Shown: one piece after another, positions 58,654 to 64,000 of the stretch
Layout of the letters: each line of letters starts with the position of its first letter
How positions within the stretch are numbered: the stretch's first letter is position 1
DNA from: Bacillota bacterium
Lineage (GTDB): Bacteria; Bacillota; Clostridia; Acetivibrionales; DTU013
Reading direction: 5' to 3'
Assembly: GCA_023435925.1 (NCBI GenBank)
Contig: JAEZLF010000310.1
Span: 999 to 64,998, forward strand
DNA length: 64,000 nucleotides
Made by a program: the position numbers and the translations under genes
The notes under the pieces: model-generated
Told to the model about the DNA's origin: nothing
Databases searched by the model: none
The model's input: the letters and a program-made list of their open reading frames with translations, nothing else

Positions 58654-59183
58654 ACATAATGTTTATCAGGAACACCAGAAATAGAATATCTAATTAATGC
58701 TCTCATATAAGCAAGCCTCATATGTCCTTCAAGTAGATGTAATGGTCTAATCAATTTACCATATTTTAATTCTTTTTCTTCATCAATAATACTATTATTT
58801 ACATCAAAAACAATAACTGGTTTTAGCCAAGTTCTATTTTCATTCATAAAACCCCCTAACCAAGTTTGCTTAACACGAAATTCAGGATTGTTTATAAAAT
58901 CATCTCCCCAATAATCTTGGGTATCAAGAAATGCCGTTCCAATACTCATGATTTGCTCCCTAGAAAACAAGACTTTATTAAAAACCAAACGATCATATTG
59001 AATCCACCAATACTTGTTACAGAAATCATCAAAGTGCCTATACGTCCATTGTTCAAGGACGCACTCAGGAAAGTTTGGAAGCATTTTTTTATACTTCTCA
59101 GAAACATTCACAAATGGTTCTAATTGATATGTTACATAATCAAACTTTGGTTTCAATTCTCTAAATTCATCAATATCAATCAT
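58632..59183 (-). CDS. hypothetical protein (LLEGHMRLAY is faintly ParB/Srx-like)
   Basis: 183-aa ORF; the motif resemblance is weak. Confidence 0.45.
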   Translation of the reverse strand: MIDIDEFRELKPKFDYVTYQLEPFVNVSEKYKKMLPNFPECVLEQWTYRHFDDFCNKYWWIQYDRLVFNKVLFSREQIMSIGTAFLDTQDYWGDDFINNPEFRVKQTWLGGFMNENRTWLKPVIVFDVNNSIIDEEKELKYGKLIRPLHLLEGHMRLAYMRALIRYSISGVPDKHYVWLVKRQ

Positions 59184-59218
59184 ATATGATAACTCTCTAT
59201 AAGTTTTGCAATCATTGT

Positions 59219-59374
59219 CTAATCATTATCAATACTTATCTCATCACTGAAATATTCATATGTTCCTTCAACAGGTTTACTACAATCGTTGCACACATCC
59301 CAATGTCCCCACATATCCATTTCAGTATATACACTAGATGAATGTTCGCATTTGCAAAATTCAGTTTCTTCCAC
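59219..59374 (-). CDS. small Cys-rich (zinc-ribbon-like) protein, 51 aa
   Basis: GTG start after an AAGGGAG RBS. Translation: VEETEFCKCEHSSSVYTEMDMWGHWDVCNDCSKPVEGTYEYFSDEISIDND. Confidence 0.35.
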   Translation of the reverse strand: MEETEFCKCEHSSSVYTEMDMWGHWDVCNDCSKPVEGTYEYFSDEISIDND

Positions 59375-59539
59375 AGTTATTAACACTCCCTTTGCCAATA
59401 TAAGAAGTAAATAAACTTTCAGTAATAAATTATATCACATAACTTTACATATGTATCCTATTAAGAAAAATCTCAATATTAAATTATCAAAGTACAATCT
59501 ATAAGATCAAAGGGCTGCATTGTCCCTATTCAGGTGGTT

Positions 59540-59615
59540 CCCACGACCTCCCCGTCATATTTGACGGATCATTGGTTTCGGCCTGTTCCACCGACCCAGG
59601 CCATCATCAGGTGGA
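59540..59615 (-). ncRNA. candidate type I hammerhead self-cleaving ribozyme
   Basis: Minus-strand RNA: UCCAC-CUGAUGA-U-GGCCUG(loop GGUCGGUGGAA)CAGGCC-GAAA-CC..CCGUCA(AAUA)UGACGG..GGUC|GUGGG. All core blocks, a GUC cleavage triplet and three stems are in the right order. It is a GC-rich island in AT-rich phage DNA. Confidence 0.6.
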
Positions 59616-59864
59616 TTTATTAGCTAAAAGCAAAAGAAATATCATGTGTACCTGGACTCTCTTTTTGATGTAGTCAACTGCTTCCTTAAATTCCGTAAAA
59701 ATCAAATTGTTGTCGATACTGGAGTAGGATAATTGACTATCCTCAAATACCTGAAAGTAATATACCTGCATCACAATTAACTCAAATATGGCTATTTTGC
59801 TATTCCCTGCTGTCCATGTCCATAATGGATAGACTTTGCCTTCAGCCTTACAAAAGTTCAGCAT
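59607..59864 (-). CDS. hypothetical protein
   Basis: 85-aa ORF. Its stop is the UGA inside the CUGAUGA box, so the 3' end may be fortuitous. Confidence 0.4.
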   Translation of the reverse strand: MLNFCKAEGKVYPLWTWTAGNSKIAIFELIVMQVYYFQVFEDSQLSYSSIDNNLIFTEFKEAVDYIKKRVQVHMIFLLLLANKST

Positions 59865-59925
59865 ATCTATAGCACCTCACATTAGCATATAATAATTAAA
59901 TCTTATCTATATGTAATAGAACATA

Positions 59926-60393
59926 TCAAAAACACCTATCCCACTTGGAGTGATTAACTGCTCCAATATCCTTAAGGAACTGTCTGCATGTTCCAACCTG
60001 TCCACGTGGTATATCAATATGGATGTGTTTAGGATGACCAGTAAACTTGCCCAAATGTTCTCTTGCATTCCACTGTTTTTTCAGAGCATATGGATGATTG
60101 GGGTCTTTCAAATCATTATAATCTATGTAGTCAACTTTAAACGTCAGGTCAAATCCTACGTAATCAGCAATTGCTTGGAGTTTTTCTCTTATTCTGTTGG
60201 CTGCTTCTTCCGATGTAATTAATCCTAAGATGCAGTTTTGGCTCATACCACAGTGATAAGACCAATATGACGGTGTTTTATTAAAATGCTGATCTACGGT
60301 CATAATACTAAAAGTTCCAGTGCTACCAGACTGAATAAATCCATGATTGTCTACTACTACCCAATACTTTTCAATAGCGTTTTCCATAATCAT
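59926..60393 (-). CDS. hypothetical early protein (first gene of the leftward switch promoter)
   Basis: 155 aa with a GAGAGGGG RBS. Confidence 0.5.
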   Translation of the reverse strand: MIMENAIEKYWVVVDNHGFIQSGSTGTFSIMTVDQHFNKTPSYWSYHCGMSQNCILGLITSEEAANRIREKLQAIADYVGFDLTFKVDYIDYNDLKDPNHPYALKKQWNAREHLGKFTGHPKHIHIDIPRGQVGTCRQFLKDIGAVNHSKWDRCF

Positions 60394-60444
60394 GATCCCC
60401 TCTCGTTTTCGGCTGTGCCGTATTTTGTTTTCGACTATGGTTTG

Positions 60445-60535
60445 ATTATACTACGCAAATCGTAATTAGTCAATACGATTATCGTAATTTTTATTTTATT
60501 TTCGTATTGACTCGTTACGCAAATCGTATTATAAT
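60445..60535. promoter_or_regulatory. genetic-switch region: mirrored back-to-back promoters with three TACG-N5-CGTA operators
   Basis: Leftward promoter: TTGACT (60473-60468), 17 nt, TATAAT (60450-60445). Rightward promoter: TTGACT (60507-60512), 17 nt, TATAAT (60530-60535). Operators: TACGCAAATCGTA at 60452-60464 and 60516-60528, and TACGATTATCGTA at 60474-60486. Confidence 0.65.
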
Positions 60536-60560
60536 AGACAGGAAAGAGAGGTGAAACAAA

Positions 60561-60782
60561 TTGCCAGTAAAATTTAAACTAAAAATGCTTCTTGCCATTA
60601 ATGAAATGACACAAAAGGAATTGGCTGAAAAAACAGGTATAAGGCCACCAACTATTTCAGCAATATGCAATAATTCAATTAAGCAAATACCCGTATCAGT
60701 AATAGAAAAGATATGTAAATGTCTAAATTGTAAGCCTGTAGATTGGATTGACTACATAGACGAAAATCAAGAAAACACCTGA
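60561..60782 (+). CDS. XRE/Cro-CI-type HTH regulator (73 aa), the only clear plus-strand regulator in the prophage
   Basis: MTQKELAEKTGIRPPTISAICNN is an HTH. TTG start 8 nt after a GAGAGGTG RBS. Confidence 0.75.
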   Translation: MPVKFKLKMLLAINEMTQKELAEKTGIRPPTISAICNNSIKQIPVSVIEKICKCLNCKPVDWIDYIDENQENT

Positions 60783-60797
60783 TGAAGGTGTTTTTTT
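60774..60797. terminator. bidirectional terminator
   Basis: AACACCT-GATGA-AGGTGTT followed by TTTTT on the plus strand. The minus-strand reading is also followed by UUUUCUUG. Confidence 0.6.
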
Positions 60798-60995
60798 GAT
60801 TTAGACTCATCAATTTTCTTTTTGGCCTTCAAGTGTACTTCTGGAGATATAAGCCCTTCTTTATGAATTTGATCATTAAGCGTATACAAGATATCCTTCT
60901 CCAGCATATCATGTATTCTTTCAATATAGTCTTTTATTAAAATATCTTTTATGTTTTCGGTAATTCTGTTGGATTAGCTTACCACCTTTTTATCT

Positions 60996-61274
60996 TCAAA
61001 CAGCAGCCATCACTCTATCATTGTACTTAACATAAAACATATCATCAGTCCTGAATAGCAATACAGAATTCTTGCCGTCATCAAATAACACAATATACTG
61101 TTCATCATTTAGGATTTTGCGCAAAAATCTCTTGTCTATTTTACTTGCAAAGATCTGAGCTTCTTTGACGTTAGTGATAGCTCGATAACCATAGATGTAA
61201 TTTGCATAGTACTCTTTTTTAATATAACGCAGGAAGTTCTTGGTTCTATCTTCCACATATATCACACCTATCAA
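60996..61274 (-). CDS. hypothetical protein
   Basis: 92-aa ORF. Confidence 0.45.
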   Translation of the reverse strand: MIGVIYVEDRTKNFLRYIKKEYYANYIYGYRAITNVKEAQIFASKIDKRFLRKILNDEQYIVLFDDGKNSVLLFRTDDMFYVKYNDRVMAAV

Positions 61275-61470
61275 ACTTGATAGGTAAATTGTATCATAAA
61301 GTAAGTTTATTGTAAATTATTTCCATTATTTTGAGGAAATATAGTTGTATTTATCATTTCTTGTAATATAATATTTTATAATTGTTTTATTTAAATACTG
61401 AATCCGACAGATGTAGTTTATACATAAATTACAGATTTCAGAGATACAATATAATCGGAGGTGTTTTGAA

Positions 61471-61542
61471 TGGTATTACTATTCGTATGTTCCTGTTTAT
61501 ATGTTGGTATTGAACTTGCGTATTTAATAGCTACAAAATAAA
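61471..61542 (+). CDS. 23-aa hydrophobic peptide (type I toxin-like)
   Basis: GGAGGTG RBS 6 nt upstream. Translation: MVLLFVCSCLYVGIELAYLIATK. A TATAAT lies at 61451-61456. Confidence 0.35.
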
Positions 61543-61725
61543 TCAACGTCTCTACTATCGTTAATTTAATAGAGCACTTAATAGATTTCAACTATATTGA
61601 GCCTTTTTTAAAGTTATTATTTTATAGTTTTTCACTTACGAAATCATTTTTTATTACTAAGTAAAGATAGCAAGAAAAATGCAAAAAAAAAAAAAAATAG
61701 CCTTCACCGGCTATTCATTATTAAT

Positions 61726-61992
61726 TTACTCATCTTTGATTCTTACATATGTAAGATCAATATCTTCCGGATATTCAATTTGCAATTCTCTATTTGATAC
61801 TATACTGTCAATATGTGCACCCTTGTATATTATACAAAACATACCTTGATTTAAATTATTATATATATCAACATGATTTCCATCATTATCATAATGATAT
61901 GCTATATGGAAATATTGCCCTGTTTTTTTGATAAAAGATATGTTGTGTTTTACCTCTGTCCTTTTAACCTCATAGAGCTTAATATTATCCAT
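61726..61992 (-). CDS. hypothetical protein
   Basis: The ATG at 61992 lies 6 nt after an AGGGGG RBS; the track ORF starts at 62034. Confidence 0.45.
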   Translation of the reverse strand: MDNIKLYEVKRTEVKHNISFIKKTGQYFHIAYHYDNDGNHVDIYNNLNQGMFCIIYKGAHIDSIVSNRELQIEYPEDIDLTYVRIKDE

Positions 61993-62046
61993 TATATACC
62001 CCCTGAAATGCATATTAGCAAAATCTACCTTCATTTTGTAAAGATA

Positions 62047-62286
62047 TTATTTCTTCAGTTCTTGCATACAATTTGGGCAAATGTTTTTACCTTTGTATAC
62101 GGAAATATCCTTTGCATCTCCGCAAAATATACAAGCCGGCTCGTATTTCTTTAAAATAATAGTTGATTGGTCAACATAAATCTCAAGAGAGTCCTTCTCC
62201 GAAATATCCAAAGTCCTTCTGAGTTCGATCGGGAGAACAACTCTTCCCAGTTCATCAACTTTTCTAACAATTCCTGTAGCTTTCAT
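62047..62286 (-). CDS. AbrB/SpoVT-type DNA-binding protein fused to a C-terminal zinc ribbon
   Basis: MKATGIVRKVDELGRVVLPIELRRTLDI is an AbrB swapped-hairpin domain. The C-terminus is CIFCG...CPNC. GTGAGG RBS. Confidence 0.75.
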   Translation of the reverse strand: MKATGIVRKVDELGRVVLPIELRRTLDISEKDSLEIYVDQSTIILKKYEPACIFCGDAKDISVYKGKNICPNCMQELKK

Positions 62287-62330
62287 ATTATACCTCACAT
62301 TTTATTTTATTTTTGTAACTTATGTAAGAT

Positions 62331-62359
62331 ATTGTAATATAATAGTAAATTATTGTCAA
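62331..62359 (-). promoter_or_regulatory. strong sigma-A-type promoter for the AbrB-like gene at the prophage right end
   Basis: Minus strand: TTGACA, 17-nt spacer, TACAAT. Confidence 0.6.
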
Positions 62360-62532
62360 TAGTGGGTGAAAAAAAATAAAAAGTACTTTTGTAGAATACA
62401 TTTTTGTTTAATAATAAAAGATGAGCATACAAATCTATATATAACTGCTTCACAGTTGAGTTTTCAAATTTAAATATAAAAGATAATTAATTGGGGTAAA
62501 TTAATAATAGCTTATCATGAAAGGACGCTACT

Positions 62533-62709
62533 ATGAAAGAATTTATTGATAATAAATACAAAAATGCAAACCGTTTAATTAACGAAAAATCACCTTACCT
62601 ATTACAACATGCTTACAATCCAGTAGATTGGTATCCTTGGAGTGATGAGGCTTTTCAGAAAGCTGCAAGAGAAAGCAAGCCTGTATTCTTGTCCATAGGC
62701 TATTCATAG
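62533..62709 (+). pseudogene. phage-borne, AT-rich homologue of the target gene's 5' end (copy C), ending at an in-frame TAG
   Basis: [59 protein letters not shown] 21-nt insertion (TAGTTGCGGCGTATTATATTT, 62707-62727) sits relative to copies A and B, and the frame then continues TCHWCHV. Confidence 0.75.
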
Positions 62710-62727
62710 TTGCGGCGTATTATATTT

Positions 62728-62744
62728 ACATGCCATTGGTGTCA
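62728..62744. repeat. attR core block ACATGCCATTGGTGTCA (inferred crossover CA at 62743-62744)
   Basis: It matches 28442-28458 and 27945-27961. Composition changes from phage-like to host-like at this point. Confidence 0.7.
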
Positions 62745-64000
62745 CGTCATGGAGCAGGAAAGCTTTGAGGATGCTGAAGTTGCTCAGCTACTGAATAAAA
62801 ACTTTGTAGCAATAAAGGTGGACCGGGAAGAACGTCCGGACATTGACAGCATCTATATGTCGGTATGCCAGGCTCTCACCGGCCATGGCGGATGGCCAAT
62901 GACCATCATTATGACTCCGGACAAAAAACCTTTTTTCGCAGGCACATACTTTCCAAAGCATGATCGGATGGGACTACCGGGTATTATGACCATTCTTGAA
63001 AGAGCGTCACTCTCCTGGAGGGAAAACAAGGAAGCTGTTTTGGAAACCGGCAATCACATTGTCAACGCTATATCGGCACCTGTGAAAGAGGAAGGCGACA
63101 TAGATTATTCCGAGCTCGTTCAGAAAGCCTTCAGTCAGTATAAATCCGCTTTTGACAGTATGCACGGTGGCTTTGGAAATGCCCCCAAATTCCCCACTCC
63201 CCACACATTATTTTTTCTTTTACGTTACTGGAAGCTTACAGGTGACGATTCAGCACTCAAAATGACGGAGAAAACCCTTGATTCCATGAGGCGCGGCGGG
63301 ATATTCGACCATATCGGATATGGTTTTTGCCGATACTCCACTGACCGAATCTGGCTGGTGCCGCATTTCGAGAAGATGCTCTATGACAATGCCTTGCTCG
63401 CCATAGCTTATCTGGAAACGTACCAGGCAACCGGAAACGGTCAATATGCAAAGACCGCAGAAGAAATATTTACCTATATCCTCCGAGATATGACGTCACC
63501 GGAGGGTGCTTTCTATTCTGCCGAGGATGCAGATTCAGAAGCTGAGGACGGAAAGAACGAAGAGGGGTTTTTTTATACATGGACACCCGATGAGATCACA
63601 CAGGTTCTTGGCGTAACCGATGCTCAGCGTTTTATGCTGCTTTTTAACATTACATCAAAGGGTAATTTTGAAGGACGCAGCATTCTCAATACTATAAAGG
63701 GCAATATACCAGGCAGTGACCTTGAATTTGTAGAAGCCTGCCGGCAAAAGCTCTTTGAGAACCGCGAGAAGAGGCCGCACCCATTCAAGGATGACAAGGT
63801 GCTGACCTCCTGGAACGGATTGATGATTGCAGCTTTGGCAATAGGCGGTAGAGTTCTTGGAAAAGACCAATACACCTTGGCAGCAGAAAAAGCAGCCAAA
63901 TTTATTCTTTCCAATCTGATTGACAAAGATGGCCGCCTGCTTGCCGTATACCGCGACAGTGCTTCCCCTGTCAAAGGTTACGCCGATGATTATACCTTCA
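62745..64000 (+). CDS. remainder of the DUF255/YyaL-type thioredoxin-domain protein (six-hairpin/epimerase-like C-domain); the 3' end runs off the window
   Basis: Open frame to the window end: HVMEQESFEDAEVAQLLNKNFVAIKVDREERPDIDSIYM...GGWPMT...HGGFGNAPKFPTPH...DRIWLVPHFEKMLYDNALL. The ORF track lacks it because there is no in-window start or stop pair. Confidence 0.85.

Larger units (their letters stand above)
28459..62744 (-). mobile_element. integrated prophage of about 34.3 kb (HK97-like cos siphovirus with serine integrase)
   Basis: Bounded by attL and attR blocks inside one host gene. There is an abrupt shift to AT-rich sequence. A complete packaging/head/tail module and an early region are present, nearly all on the minus strand. 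Confidence 0.9.

Noticed and set aside
59520-59620. The GC-rich island was first considered as a tRNA or tRNA-like gene.
   Set aside because: No acceptor/T-arm geometry, no GTTCRANYC T-loop and no D-loop could be built on either strand. The hammerhead parse explains the conserved blocks much better.
60776-60985. A minus-strand open frame reads SNRITENIKDILIKDYIERIHDMLEKDILYTLNDQIHKEGLISPEVHLKAKKK....
   Set aside because: There is no canonical start with an RBS; the first ATG leaves only about 45 aa. The frame runs through the bidirectional terminator into the 3' end of the convergent HTH gene. It may be a decayed gene but is not callable.
35219-62709. The two in-frame stops (TAA in the tailspike, TAG in the phage-borne gene fragment) were considered as evidence for stop-codon reassignment in the phage.
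   Set aside because: All other phage genes terminate sensibly at TAA, TAG or TGA with tight gene packing, and no suppressor tRNA is seen. These are isolated events.

Overview
The window has two parts. Positions 1-28.4 kb and 62.7-64 kb are chromosome of an anaerobic, spore-forming Firmicute (Clostridia-like). The gene content is a 2-oxoacid:ferredoxin oxidoreductase pair, an [FeFe]-hydrogenase-like protein, a YtvI-like permease, Ku plus LigD, a nagA/nagB-ABC transporter-HAD operon with a LacI-type fusion regulator, and spore photoproduct lyase. Positions 28,459-62,744 are a visibly more AT-rich prophage of about 34.3 kb, an HK97-like cos siphovirus with nearly all genes on the minus strand. 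It is integrated by a large serine recombinase inside the CxxC-coding region of a DUF255/YyaL-type thioredoxin-domain gene. Joining the two junctions in silico restores an uninterrupted ORF. The 5' segment of the target gene occurs three times, all ending at the same TGGTGYCA block: a relic, the host copy at attL, and an AT-rich phage-borne copy at attR that carries a 21-nt in-frame insertion with a TAG. The most unusual content is the prophage early region. It holds a 941-aa YonO/RdRP-like two-barrel single-subunit RNA polymerase candidate and a multi-zinc-ribbon protein preceded by a five-unit iteron array. It also holds face-to-face consensus promoters, a mirrored divergent-promoter switch with three TACG-N5-CGTA operators, and a good candidate type I hammerhead ribozyme in the early transcript. 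The tail module is interrupted by an autonomous MazF/PemK-like moron and a Xer-like tyrosine recombinase with a three-part SD/anti-SD leader. The tailspike ORF has an in-frame TAA, and no endolysin is recognisable next to the holin. All functional calls come from reading the translations and motifs by eye; no searches were run.
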